DNA from: Gammaproteobacteria bacterium
GTDB lineage: Bacteria > Pseudomonadota > Gammaproteobacteria > UWMA-0217
Length of the DNA stretch: 63,452 nucleotides
Assembly: GCA_027081275.1 (NCBI GenBank)
Contig: JALWKV010000071.1
Coordinates: forward strand, 1-63,452
Direction of reading: 5' to 3'
The notes under the pieces were generated by a model. That model worked only from the letters and a program-made list of their open reading frames with translations. It was not told the origin of the DNA and searched no databases. Below are positions 39,676-49,654 of this stretch, piece after piece. The translations under genes and the position numbers were made by a program. The stretch's first letter is position 1; each line of letters opens with the position of its first letter.

Positions 39676-39693
39676 GTGGCCGCTCCGGTGGGG

Positions 39694-40113
39694 TTACTTG
39701 TATGACTCGGGCTCTTTCACGGCGGCGATCGCCTTGCCGTTCATCAATATGGCCAGATAGCGCTTCGTCGGCTTCTCCGCCCCTTCGTCACGGAGCTGCA
39801 CCAGATAGTACCAACGCCCCTCCTTCTCATGGTGGGCAATCGGCTTCAGCTCGATCTTCTCGACCTTCACGGTATCGGTGCAGTCGTTCTTGTCCTTCCA
39901 GGCGGCGACGGCCTGAAACATCTGCTTCAACCCGAACGGCGGCGCGCCGCTGTCGGGGTTCCACTTGGGCGATGCCTCGATATCGGCCTCGTTGACGAAA
40001 ACCACGAGCGTGGCGTCGTCGAGATGGTCGATGATCTCCAGCGGCCAGGGCGTCGTGGCAAGAGCCTGCGATGCGACAAAAACAAGCACTGTGGCAATCA
40101 GATTCTTCAGCAT
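39694..40113 (-). CDS. exported hypothetical protein
   Basis: Signal peptide MLKNLIATVLVFVASQALA; lies within the cob operon. Confidence 0.7.
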   Translation of the reverse strand: MLKNLIATVLVFVASQALATTPWPLEIIDHLDDATLVVFVNEADIEASPKWNPDSGAPPFGLKQMFQAVAAWKDKNDCTDTVKVEKIELKPIAHHEKEGRWYYLVQLRDEGAEKPTKRYLAILMNGKAIAAVKEPESYK

Positions 40114-40182
40114 GCTGGCATACCGATAGTGGAGGAGCGCGAAGTATAGCACCGCGACCGCCCCGGCCTGGAACGAGCTTCG

Positions 40183-41643
40183 TCAATGCCCGGCAGCCAG
40201 GATTCGCTCGATCCGTTCCAGATCCAGCGCCGCCTCGGCCGTGTCCGCGAGGCGGTCGATCTCGGCCTCGCGCAGCGCGATGTAGTCGGGGCTCGCGGGC
40301 GCTTCCAGTCCCGCCCAGCGCAGCAGCGCATCGCAGGCTTCGGGACGGTCGAACAGGCCGTGCAGATAGGTGGCGGCGATCTGGCCGTCATCCGAGATGG
40401 CGCCATCGCTGTCCGCGCCGAAACGCACGAGCGGGCGATCGAGGGCCGGACCGCTGCTAACGCCGGCGTGGATCTCATAGCCGGCAATCGGCTCGGCACC
40501 GAGCGTCAGCCGTCCTTCACGGCGCCTCAATTGTTTCTCGGGACGTAGCTCGGTGGACAGCGGCAGCAGGCCGAGCCCGGCGCTGCCGCCGGGGGATGAC
40601 TCGATCCCCGCCGAGTCGTCGATCCTGGCGCCCAGCATCTGCAGGCCGCCGCAGATGCCGAGCAGCTTGCCGCCATACCGCAGATGGCGCTCGATGGCGC
40701 GATCCCAGCCCTGCCGGCGCAGCCAGTCGAGGTCGGCGCGCACGCTCTTGCTGCCGGGCAGGATGATCAGATCCGCCGGCGGGATCGGCGCATCCGGCGG
40801 CACGAACCGCAGATCGACCCGCGGATGCAGCCGCAACGGGTCGAAATCGGTGTGGTTGCTGATACGAGGCAGTACCGGCACGACGACGCGCAGCGCCGCC
40901 TGATCGACAACTGTCTGCCGCGCGTCGATGGCATCCTCCGCCTCCAGATGGAATCCGTGTAGATAGGGCAGGACGCCGAGCACCGGCTTGCCCGTTTCAC
41001 GCGCCAGCCAGTCGAGGCCCGACTCCAGTAGGGCGAGGTCGCCGCGAAAGCGGTTGATGACGAAGCCGCGCACCCGCGCCCGCTCGCTCGGCGACAGCAG
41101 CGCGAGCGTACCGACGAGATGAGCGAAGACGCCCCCCTTGTCGATGTCGGCGACGAGAATGACGGGGCAGTCCACCGCCTCGGCAAAGCCCATGTTGGCG
41201 ATATCGCCATCGCGCAGATTGATCTCCGCCGGACTGCCTGCGCCCTCGACGACGATGCGCTGATGACGCGCCGCCAGCCGCCGGTGCGATGTCAGCACCG
41301 CCTCCATCGCCACCTTCTTGTAGTCGTGGTACTGCTCCGCCTCCATCGAGCTGATGGCGCGACCGTGGATGATAACCTGCGAGCCGGTGTCGCTGTTGGG
41401 CTTGAGCAGCACGGGGTTCATATCCGTATGGGGCGCAAGACCCGCTGCCTGCGCCTGCACCGCCTGGGCGCGACCGATCTCGCCGCCGTCGGCGGTCACG
41501 GCGCTGTTAAGCGCCATGTTCTGCGGCTTGAACGGCGCCACCGCGATGCCGCGGCGGTGGTAGATGCGGCACAGCGCCGTCACCAGCGTGCTCTTGCCGG
41601 CATCCGAGGTCGTACCCTGGATCATCAGCGTCGCCGCGTTCAT
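40183..41643 (-). CDS. cobQ: cobyric acid synthase
   Basis: [39 protein letters not shown]. Confidence 0.97.
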   Translation of the reverse strand: MNAATLMIQGTTSDAGKSTLVTALCRIYHRRGIAVAPFKPQNMALNSAVTADGGEIGRAQAVQAQAAGLAPHTDMNPVLLKPNSDTGSQVIIHGRAISSMEAEQYHDYKKVAMEAVLTSHRRLAARHQRIVVEGAGSPAEINLRDGDIANMGFAEAVDCPVILVADIDKGGVFAHLVGTLALLSPSERARVRGFVINRFRGDLALLESGLDWLARETGKPVLGVLPYLHGFHLEAEDAIDARQTVVDQAALRVVVPVLPRISNHTDFDPLRLHPRVDLRFVPPDAPIPPADLIILPGSKSVRADLDWLRRQGWDRAIERHLRYGGKLLGICGGLQMLGARIDDSAGIESSPGGSAGLGLLPLSTELRPEKQLRRREGRLTLGAEPIAGYEIHAGVSSGPALDRPLVRFGADSDGAISDDGQIAATYLHGLFDRPEACDALLRWAGLEAPASPDYIALREAEIDRLADTAEAALDLERIERILAAGH

Positions 41644-42638
41644 GATCGCTCGACCTCCCGCAGCGCCTGGCCAATGGCGTCATCGAGGCGCCGCCAGTCC
41701 GCCTCGCCATCCGGCAGGCCCAGCCGCAGACTGGCCGGGCGATCGAAGAGGCGCACCAGCACCGCCTGCCGCGCCAGCGCTTCGGCCAAAGGCCGAGCCC
41801 GATCATGACGCAGCCACTGGAAGAGTTCGCAGCCACCACTCGGCGTCAGACCGTGACGGGTCAGCAGATCCGCGAGGCGTCGGCCGTCGCGGCGCAGACG
41901 TTCCCGCGTGGCCCGCTGCCATGCCCGGTCGCGCAACGCGCTGATCGCCACATGGCGCGATGGATGGGCAATGGGCCAGGGCCCGAGCCGCCCGGCCAGC
42001 GCATCGAGCAGCGCTTTCGGTCCGAGCACGAAGCCGACCCGCGCGCCGGCGAGGCCGAAGAACTTGCCGAGCGAGCGCAGCACCACCAGCCCTTCACGTC
42101 TGCAGACATCCGCCAGCGACGCCGCGGGGTCGGCATCGATGAAGGCCTCGTCCACCACCAGCCAGCCACCCCGCGCCGCAAGCCGCGCCTGCCAGTCGAG
42201 CAGGCGGTCGCGCTCGAAACGCTGGCCGGTCGGATTGTTGGGATGGATCAGCAGCAGCACATCGATATCGGCAACGACTGCGTCAATATCATCGGGGCCG
42301 ATCGCCGCGACCCGATGGCCAGCGGCGATCCAGGCCGCCTCGTGCTCGGCATAGGCGGGCGACAGCATGGCGGCGCGGCAACGGGACCGCAGCCGGGGCA
42401 ACGCCATGATGGCCTGCTGGCTGCCAGCCACGGCCAGCAGACTCGAACAGCCGTAGTAGTCCCGCGCCGCCGTGAGCAGCCCGTCATCGTCCTCGGGCAG
42501 GCGACGCCAGCAGTCGGGCGGCAGCGGAGGCACCGGCCAGCCCCGCGGATTGATCCCGGTGGAGAGGTCGAGCCAGCGCTCGGCGGGGATGCCGAAACGC
42601 CGCGCCGCCCGGTGCAATCTGCCGCCGTGTTCAAGCAT
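41640..42638 (-). CDS. cobD: threonine-phosphate decarboxylase
   Basis: [35 protein letters not shown]. Confidence 0.93.
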   Translation of the reverse strand: MLEHGGRLHRAARRFGIPAERWLDLSTGINPRGWPVPPLPPDCWRRLPEDDDGLLTAARDYYGCSSLLAVAGSQQAIMALPRLRSRCRAAMLSPAYAEHEAAWIAAGHRVAAIGPDDIDAVVADIDVLLLIHPNNPTGQRFERDRLLDWQARLAARGGWLVVDEAFIDADPAASLADVCRREGLVVLRSLGKFFGLAGARVGFVLGPKALLDALAGRLGPWPIAHPSRHVAISALRDRAWQRATRERLRRDGRRLADLLTRHGLTPSGGCELFQWLRHDRARPLAEALARQAVLVRLFDRPASLRLGLPDGEADWRRLDDAIGQALREVERS

Positions 42639-43518
42639 GGAAGAAGAGCCCATCGATCAGCACCAGCACTACCAACCACAACAGCAACGCCCGGCGCACC
42701 AGGGCCACGGCGCGGCCGATGTCCTCGGCTTCCGGATCGCGCCCCGCGCCAAGCCACGGACGCTGCCGCCACTGCCCATGATAGACGGCCGGCCCGCCCA
42801 GCCTCAGCGCCAGCGCGCCGGCGCCCGCCGCCATCACCGGTCCGGCATTGGGGCTTTCCCACAGCCTCCCCTGTTCGCGCCAGCTCGCCAGCGCGAGCGA
42901 GGCCCGCCCCACTGCGGCATAGGAGAGCGCCGTCAGCCGCGCCGGGAGGTAGTTGAGCAGATCATCGAGCCGCGCCGCGGCCCAACCGAACCGCCGATAA
43001 CGCGCATTGCGATAGCCCCAGCAGGCGTCCAGCGTATTGACGAGGCGATAGAGCAGAACGCCGGGAACGCCCAGCACGACGAACCAGAAAATGGCGCCGA
43101 AGATGGCATCGTTGCCGTTTTCCAGCACCGACTCGACGGCGGCGCGGCTGACCCCGGCGGCATCGAGTTCGTCGGTATGGCGACTGACGATCCGGCCGAC
43201 CGCCGCCCGCGAAGCCTCGAGATCGCCCCGCGCCAGCGGTTCGGCCACCCGCGCCGCATGCTCGGACAGGCTGTGGCCGCCGATGGCGAGGTAGAGAATC
43301 AGCACGGCGGCGGGAATGCCCTCGAGAAAATGGCCGACGATGACGAAGGGCACGCAGGCAATCATCAGCGCCACTACGCCCGCGCCCCTCGACGGCCGAT
43401 AGAGGCGCGACTCCAGCCAGGCGGCCCAGCGCCCGAAGCCGACCAGCGGATGCCAGCGCCGCGGTTCGCCGACGGCGGCGTCGAGCGCCACGGCAAGCAG
43501 GACCACCAGCGCCGTCAG
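42631..43518 (-). CDS. cbiB: adenosylcobinamide-phosphate synthase
   Basis: GEP..HPLV, IVSR.T, ESVLEN, NTLDA.WGY, SPNAG; start CTG 43518 or GTG 43506. Confidence 0.95.
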   Translation of the reverse strand: MTALVVLLAVALDAAVGEPRRWHPLVGFGRWAAWLESRLYRPSRGAGVVALMIACVPFVIVGHFLEGIPAAVLILYLAIGGHSLSEHAARVAEPLARGDLEASRAAVGRIVSRHTDELDAAGVSRAAVESVLENGNDAIFGAIFWFVVLGVPGVLLYRLVNTLDACWGYRNARYRRFGWAAARLDDLLNYLPARLTALSYAAVGRASLALASWREQGRLWESPNAGPVMAAGAGALALRLGGPAVYHGQWRQRPWLGAGRDPEAEDIGRAVALVRRALLLWLVVLVLIDGLFFHA

Positions 43519-44120
43519 AGCTCGACCCCCTTTTGCGCCTTGATACCGGCGCGGTAGGCATGCTTGATGTCGCGCATCTCGGTCACGGTGTCGGCATGGT
43601 CGATCAACGCCTGGTCGGCGCCGCGGCCGGTGATGATGACATGCTGCATCTCTGGCCGTCCCTCGAGCGCCGCAATCACCTCATCGACCGGGAGATAGCC
43701 GAGCCGGGTGACGATGTTCAGCTCGTCCAGCAGCACCATGTCGATGGTCTCGTCCCGCAGGAACTCCACAGCCAGATCCCAGGCCTTGCGCGCGGTGGCG
43801 ATGTCGCGCGACCTGTCCTGCGTCTCCCAGGTAAAGCCCTCGCCCATGACGTGATACGCCACCTCGTCGGGAAAGCGACGGAAAAAGGCCTCCTCGCCGG
43901 TGGAGAAACTGCCCTTGATGAACTGGACGACGGCCACCTTCATGCCGTGTCCGAGGGCGCGCGCCACCATGCCAAAACCGGAGCTGCTCTTGCCCTTGCC
44001 GTTGCCGGTCAGCACGATGACGATGCCGCGCTCCTCGGTCGCCTGTTCGATGCCCGCATCGACCACGGCCTTCTTCCGCGCCATGCGGCGGCGATGGCGC
44101 GCTTCGCTGTCGTCGGTCAC
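43515..44120 (-). CDS. cobO: cob(I)yrinic acid a,c-diamide adenosyltransferase
   Basis: TGNGKGKSS, QFIKG, GFTWETQ, LDE, TGR, KHAY..G..AQKG. Confidence 0.97.
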   Translation of the reverse strand: MTDDSEARHRRRMARKKAVVDAGIEQATEERGIVIVLTGNGKGKSSSGFGMVARALGHGMKVAVVQFIKGSFSTGEEAFFRRFPDEVAYHVMGEGFTWETQDRSRDIATARKAWDLAVEFLRDETIDMVLLDELNIVTRLGYLPVDEVIAALEGRPEMQHVIITGRGADQALIDHADTVTEMRDIKHAYRAGIKAQKGVEL

Positions 44121-44704
44121 GCCGATTCACCCGAGTGGCCGTAGATGTCGCGCAGCACCGCCACGATTGCGTGCAGCGCGGCAAAGACGACCACATAGAG
44201 CATCGTCGTGCGGAGAAACATCGGGTAATAACGCCACAGGCGAGCGAGATATTCCGCGACCGAGGTCTGCTCGAAGCGGCCCGAAAACCAGTAGAAGGCG
44301 CCGTTGGAAATGAGAAAACAGACGCTGGTCGCAACGACCGCCACCGCCAGCAGTCTGACGATATCGGCCGCCCCGCTGTCCCTGTGCGTGGCGAACCACC
44401 GCCCGCCGAGCCAGAGCGCGCCATAGGCGGGAATGAGAAAGGGGTAGGCCGGCGAAATGCAGTAGCCGCTGCTGCCACCCTTGGTAATGGCGAAGTAGTC
44501 GATCGCCGCCGCCAGGGCGAGAAAGGACAGCAGCCAGAGGCTGCTGCGAAAGTAGAAGCCGACGGCGAGAAATATCGCCCACGACGCATCCGGCAGATGC
44601 AGCATCGAACCGAAATGGTGGTAGCGCGTGGCCACCATCAGCAGCATGAAAAGGCCGGCGAGAAGCCAGCGGTCCCGACGTTTATCCATATCGTCCAGTA
44701 TCAT
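44117..44704 (-). CDS. btuM: BtuM-like cobalamin transporter, copy 1
   Basis: TRYHHFGS..LPDASWAIF, IDY.AI, YCISPAY, NGAFYWFSG. Confidence 0.8.
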   Translation of the reverse strand: MILDDMDKRRDRWLLAGLFMLLMVATRYHHFGSMLHLPDASWAIFLAVGFYFRSSLWLLSFLALAAAIDYFAITKGGSSGYCISPAYPFLIPAYGALWLGGRWFATHRDSGAADIVRLLAVAVVATSVCFLISNGAFYWFSGRFEQTSVAEYLARLWRYYPMFLRTTMLYVVVFAALHAIVAVLRDIYGHSGESA

Positions 44705-44780
44705 CGTTCTTCCCTTCTATGAAGTTGTCGCAAGAACCCTCTCCCCGGTCCTCTCCCTCAACGAGGTTGTCGCAAAAAGA

Positions 44781-44872
44781 GTAGGCCCGATCAAGCCGTA
44801 GCGGATCGGGCAACGGCGCGACCTCGTGGCAACGCTGCTGCCGGTTCCGCTGCGCTTGAACCGGCCAACTAC
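44781..44872. repeat. REPIN-like doublet of inverted GTAG REPs
   Basis: GTAGGCCCGATCAAGCCGTAGCGGATCGGGCA (44781-44812) and inverted TGCCGGTTCCGCTGCGCTTGAACCGGCCAACTAC (44839-44872). Confidence 0.7.
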
Positions 44873-44957
44873 AAAAATGGAGAGGTTATCCGAATAATTA
44901 CCTCTCGAACCCTCTCCTTCGGGAGAGGTTTTTACGGCACACGGAAAAGCCGGTACA

Positions 44958-46187
44958 TCATTCGGCATCGCAGAACGCGATCGTCGTCGGATTCAGCAGC
45001 GTCGAAATCCGTTCCTTGATGACCGAGCCATCTTCTGCCTTGACGAGCTTGATGCCGGGATCGTTCGAATCGGCGATGCTGACCCAGAGCTGACCGGAGC
45101 GGTCGGCGCCGAGGCCGCCGATGCCCTTGCCGGAGATGCCGGCCACCACCTTCGGCTTGCCGTCCGCGTCGACATCGACCTTGCCGGTGGCCGGGTTGAA
45201 GCTGTAGAGCGCATTGTCGGTAAACCCCTTGTAGCCGATGATGTAGCCTTTCGTCGCCGAAGTGATCTCCATGCCGGTGATGAGCCCGAACGGATGGCTG
45301 GTGGCGTCACCGTCGTCGAGCACCAGTTTCGTGGCGTAACCGTTGCGCGGATCGATGCTGACGATTCCGCCGGTGTATTCGGGATCGCGCGGCGGATTCG
45401 AGCGGCTGCTGCCATAGCGTCCCGTCCCCTGCACATAGATCAGGCCGTCGTCGCTGCTGTATTCGATATCGCCCGGATTCTTCACCGGCAGCAGGATGCC
45501 CTTGAGCCCATCCGTCGCGGGATCGGTGTCGATTTCCTCATCGGTTTCCGTGTCGATGACGGCGACATAGGCATCCTGCGGCGCAAAGCTCATGTCGAGC
45601 CGTTGCAGCGTGATATAGGCCTTGCCATCGACGACGACGCCGTTGTCCATGTTCGGCGAACCGTCGACGCTGTAGGCCGACAGGTCGATCTCGCCGATCT
45701 TGAATTCCGCCTCGGTGCTGGCCGACGGGTTGACGATCCACAGCTTCGGGCTGCCGTAACGCAGCAGATAGGCCTTGGTGTCGGAGATGAAGACCAGCCC
45801 GTGCGGATTGCTGTTAGCGGCCTCGACGCCGCTGCTGTCCCGCGTGGAATACTGGTAGAGCTGCGTGTCGGGCTGGGCGATGTCGAAACGGCTGACATTT
45901 TCCCCGGAGTAGCGTTGGATACGGTAAAAGTATTTTCCATTGCAGGCGACAGTGATGTCGGAGACGGTCGGCGCGAGCTGCGTCATGGCGGTGAAAGGTT
46001 CCGTGGTCGAAACAACAGCGTGCGCACCGGAGCTGTAGTCCGGCGCGACGGTGGCGATGACCGCTTTCTGCGCCGCGGGCGCTGCAACGGCGGGCTCGTC
46101 GGTGGCGCCGCCGCGCGTCAGCTGACAACCGGAGATCACGGTCGCGCCAGCCAGCAGCAACAGCGATATTTTCAGTTCGTTTTTCAT
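44958..46187 (-). CDS. beta-propeller lipoprotein (YncE/BtuG-like)
   Basis: Lipobox ISGC; blade-like repeats NPHGLVF, NPGDIEY, NPTTIAF; ATGA-coupled to the TonB receptor. Confidence 0.75.
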   Translation of the reverse strand: MKNELKISLLLLAGATVISGCQLTRGGATDEPAVAAPAAQKAVIATVAPDYSSGAHAVVSTTEPFTAMTQLAPTVSDITVACNGKYFYRIQRYSGENVSRFDIAQPDTQLYQYSTRDSSGVEAANSNPHGLVFISDTKAYLLRYGSPKLWIVNPSASTEAEFKIGEIDLSAYSVDGSPNMDNGVVVDGKAYITLQRLDMSFAPQDAYVAVIDTETDEEIDTDPATDGLKGILLPVKNPGDIEYSSDDGLIYVQGTGRYGSSRSNPPRDPEYTGGIVSIDPRNGYATKLVLDDGDATSHPFGLITGMEITSATKGYIIGYKGFTDNALYSFNPATGKVDVDADGKPKVVAGISGKGIGGLGADRSGQLWVSIADSNDPGIKLVKAEDGSVIKERISTLLNPTTIAFCDAE

Positions 46188-48184
46188 TGATAGCTTCCTC
46201 CAGGATAGATGACAGAGATGAAATAGCTGCGCCCGGGCTTTGGAAAACCGTTGAAGTCTTCATGGACGTCGTCGCCGATATTGTTCAGCTCGACCGAGAC
46301 GCGGGCGCGTCCGATGGACCAGTCGAAACCAAGGCTGTGAACAGCCTGATCCTCCGCCGGCAGCAGATTGGCGGTGTCGTAGTAGGCGTCGAAACGGCCG
46401 GCGAATTCGTAGCGGAGCCGGCCCCGATAGAATGGATATTCGAGAAAGAGAGCGGTGGAGAGCCGCGCCTGTCCGGGCAGCTGCTTGCCGCGGAAGGCCG
46501 GAAAGCGGTTGCGGTTCTCGGCGTCCTGCCAGGTTGCCTTGAAGTGCAGTCGCAACCGCTCACCCAACGTTGCGGCAAGATCCCACTCGATGCCGCGAAC
46601 GAGGGCGCCGTCGATATTGATCGACTTGCCGATGCCGCGGGCGTTGTAGACGCGACCGATGGCGTCGCTGACATCGCGCCAGAACAGGCCGATGTTCACG
46701 CTCGGCGCAGATACGACGCCATACCGTTTTTGCGCGCGCCAGCTCAGCAGCAGATCGGTATTGATGCCCGTTTCCGGCTTGAGCGCCTCGTTGCCGAGAA
46801 AAAGGCCGCGATCGCCGAACAGTTCGAAGAACGACGGCAGGCGCTGATAGCTGCCGATGTTGGCCGCGACGGAAAATTCATCGGAGAGTTCGTAGCGGAC
46901 GCCGACCTTCGGACTCAGGCGGTCGTGGCGGAAACGGCCATCGACCGCCTCGCTGCCGAAGGCGACGCCGACGACATCGAAACGATCATCGGCGCGGCGA
47001 TAGCGCAGCTCGGGCGCAATCAGCAGACGATCGTCGAGAAAAAAGAGGCTTTCCTGCGCGGCCACGGCCAGCTCATCCCTTCGGGCGCGGCTGTCGGCGT
47101 AGATTTCCAGCAGATCCTCGGCGTGATAGCGCTCGTGGCGATAATCCATCGTCAGGGCGAAACTGCGATGGTCGCCCACGTGCTCCCAATAGGCGCCCGC
47201 GCCCGCAATGTCGGTATGCCAGCGGCTGTGCTGCGCGCCGAGCCCGATCGTGCTCTGGCGGTCGTCGTATTCCTCGGTGTTGCGCGAGGCGTTGATGCTG
47301 TAGCGGGCATTCCATGCGCTGCCGGCGATGGCGGAGACCCGCTGGTTGAGTTGCAGCCGGACGATGCGGGTGTCGAGCGAGGCCGTGTTAAACGCGGAAT
47401 TCTTCCAGTCCGGGATCTGCTGCCGTTTGTCGAAGAGCTGGAGAATGCCGTCCTGACGGCTGCGTCCCTGCTCATGGCCCAGTTTCAGCAGCAGCGACAC
47501 CTGATCGACGCCGCTGTTGTGGCGGTGGTCGTCGAAGTCGTCGGCGGCATTGAATGATGTGCCATTGTCGTTGCGGTAGGGAAAGTCGTTGTCGCTCTGT
47601 CGCCAGCCCAGCGAGGCGAGTCCCTCCCAGGTGCCGCCGCGCCCGTCGGCGAGCAGCGCCGCCTCGCGCCGCGAAAACGATCCGCCGCCCAGCCGCCAGC
47701 GCAGCGACGGCGTCTCCCCCGGCTCGCGCGTGCGCAGATTGATGGCGCCGCCGAGCGAAGCATGCGACAACTGGACCGGCGTGACGCCGCGATAGATATC
47801 CACCGCGCCAACCTGGAGCAGATCGATGTTGGAGAGGTTGACGCCACCGCCGGCGCTGTCGTTGAGCAGCAGGCCGTCGAGGTAGATCATCACCTGCTCG
47901 CTGGAAGCGCCGCGCAACGTCGCGGTCGAGTAGCTGCCGAGACCACCCGATTCGCGCACCTGCAGGCCGGCCTCGCCTGCCAGCAACCGCGGCAGCGTCA
48001 CTCCGGCCCGCGCCAGACGCTCGCCGGAGAGGGTCGTCACCGAGCCGGTGGTCTCCGACAGGACGACATCGCCCACACGGGGCGCCGAAGGCTGCGCTTC
48101 GACGACGATGTCGGCCAACTCATCCGCCGCCAGCGGCGCGGCGGCGAGAAGCGCGGCCACGACCATGATCGGGGCGCGCGCCAT
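46184..48184 (-). CDS. btuB: TonB-dependent receptor, probable cobalamin importer
   Basis: Signal peptide, TonB-box-like DIVVEA, plug LRGASS..IYLDG..DIYRG..GGAINL, barrel end PGRSY; directly under a B12 riboswitch; start could be 48283. Confidence 0.85.
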   Translation of the reverse strand: MARAPIMVVAALLAAAPLAADELADIVVEAQPSAPRVGDVVLSETTGSVTTLSGERLARAGVTLPRLLAGEAGLQVRESGGLGSYSTATLRGASSEQVMIYLDGLLLNDSAGGGVNLSNIDLLQVGAVDIYRGVTPVQLSHASLGGAINLRTREPGETPSLRWRLGGGSFSRREAALLADGRGGTWEGLASLGWRQSDNDFPYRNDNGTSFNAADDFDDHRHNSGVDQVSLLLKLGHEQGRSRQDGILQLFDKRQQIPDWKNSAFNTASLDTRIVRLQLNQRVSAIAGSAWNARYSINASRNTEEYDDRQSTIGLGAQHSRWHTDIAGAGAYWEHVGDHRSFALTMDYRHERYHAEDLLEIYADSRARRDELAVAAQESLFFLDDRLLIAPELRYRRADDRFDVVGVAFGSEAVDGRFRHDRLSPKVGVRYELSDEFSVAANIGSYQRLPSFFELFGDRGLFLGNEALKPETGINTDLLLSWRAQKRYGVVSAPSVNIGLFWRDVSDAIGRVYNARGIGKSINIDGALVRGIEWDLAATLGERLRLHFKATWQDAENRNRFPAFRGKQLPGQARLSTALFLEYPFYRGRLRYEFAGRFDAYYDTANLLPAEDQAVHSLGFDWSIGRARVSVELNNIGDDVHEDFNGFPKPGRSYFISVIYPGGSYQ

Positions 48185-48312
48185 CAGCCGCGAACCGGCG
48201 CGGGACAGGCAGGGAGACGGGACGCGGTCGAGGCGACGCCCGAGAAAGAGATGTATGTCTGCAACATGACCCGATACCCGCATGCCACCCGCATGCGATC
48301 CAGCGGAGCTTC

Positions 48313-48490
48313 GCTTCAGGCCGGTATCCGGGCTCGCAAGTCGAGCGACGAACGTCGCTGCGCCCCATGCGCCTTCCCGTGTCGATCACAGTGGCATGCT
48401 GCATGGGGTTCACTTGCTTACCGTTGCGGGGGCAGCGCCGGACTCTCACCGGACTTCCCGTTTAACACCGCGAAGGCGCACCTGAGCGTC
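48313..48490 (-). promoter_or_regulatory. cobalamin riboswitch
   Basis: Minus strand AGGTGC..TTAAACGGGAAGTCCGGTGAGAGTCCGGCGCTGCCCCCGCAACGGTAA..GCCACTG..CGGGAAGG..AGCCCGGATACCGGCCTG. Confidence 0.96.
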
Positions 48491-48888
48491 GAGCCCACCG
48501 TGACGGTGGAATGAAGGGTCGGAATCTAGCGACAAACGGTCGTCAAGTCAAAGAGGTTGTCGCAAAGGCGGTAGCTTCGCGGCAACCTCGCGCAGCACAA
48601 GGATGTGCTGCCAGAAACAACGACAATAAGTCGTCGCTCCTGCGAGAAAAGGAAAAATCGCGCTTTTTCCTTTTCGTGTGTCGCAAAGTCCTGGATGCAC
48701 TTTTGTAACGCCCGCTTAAAACGGAGGATGGCCTACATGATAATGGGCGCTGCGGCACATAACGATCGTCGCGGGATGAAACCGTGCCACGCCACAACAA
48801 ATGTTTACACTCTGCACCACGACTTTGCCGTGCAGATCCGGACAATGGCCATCACGGACAGGAAATCATGCTGACAAGGAGACCCGTC

Positions 48889-48975
48889 ATGAGCATTACA
48901 GACATCATCGTCATCTGGGTCGTCGTGAGTTTCGCCGGCGCGCTCGCGCTGTACGGTCATCTGCGGGGCTGGTAA
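48889..48975 (+). CDS. putative 28-aa single-TM small protein
   Basis: AAGGAG RBS 7 nt before ATG; MSITDIIVIWVVVSFAGALALYGHLRGW. Confidence 0.55.
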   Translation: MSITDIIVIWVVVSFAGALALYGHLRGW

Positions 48976-49013
48976 CGGGACTGCACATAGCTACCCAGCT
49001 CGCTTTGCGCCCC

Positions 49014-49175
49014 GCAACAGCTCAGACTGCCCCTGAAGTCAGCCATTTCAAGGCAGAATCGCACCGCCATCCATGGCTCCTTGCGAAATACACTCCATCA
49101 ATGGGAGTTTACAAGGGCAAATGACCATTTTCGAACGCAGAAATGGCGGATTTCAGGGGTGAGCTGAGCCGTTGC
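49014..49175. mobile_element. MITE-like dispersed repeat, copy 3 (162 bp, internal deletion)
   Basis: GCAACAGCTCAG..CTGAGCCGTTGC; core shared with the other copies. Confidence 0.8.
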
Positions 49176-49654
49176 TAGTCCCGGTCCCGGACCTTGTATT
49201 CCCCTTCTATCGTGCGGCCGCCGGGGGCCTGCCCGTCGCGATCGCGCGGCGCGTCAGGTTCCCGGCCCCAGTCGCTGCCGCGTCCCGACATCACCGAAAA
49301 ACCGCCGATTCTCACCCGCTTCAGCAGCCAGCGAATCACCGCCTGCCGGGTGACCGGAATGAGGCAGAGAAAGCCGATGGCGTCGGTCACGAACCCCGGC
49401 GTCAGCAACAGCGCGCCGCCGAAGACCAGCGCCAGTCCCTCGATCATCTCCTGCGCCGGCAGCCGGCCGCTGGCGACGCTCTGCTGATACCGCTGCAGCG
49501 TGGCAAGCCCCTGCTGTCGCAGCATCGCGGTGCCCAGAACGGCGGTGGCGATGACGATCAGGATCGTCGGGATCACGCCAATGATGCTGCCGACCTTGAT
49601 CAGAAAATAGATCTCGACGATGGGAACAATGATGAAGAGGACGAGAAGGGGCAC
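49175..49654 (-). CDS. fxsA: FxsA family membrane protein
   Basis: PIVEIY.LIKVG, RQQG, LLLTPGFVTDAIG, IEGEY. Confidence 0.93.
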   Translation of the reverse strand: MPLLVLFIIVPIVEIYFLIKVGSIIGVIPTILIVIATAVLGTAMLRQQGLATLQRYQQSVASGRLPAQEMIEGLALVFGGALLLTPGFVTDAIGFLCLIPVTRQAVIRWLLKRVRIGGFSVMSGRGSDWGREPDAPRDRDGQAPGGRTIEGEYKVRDRD

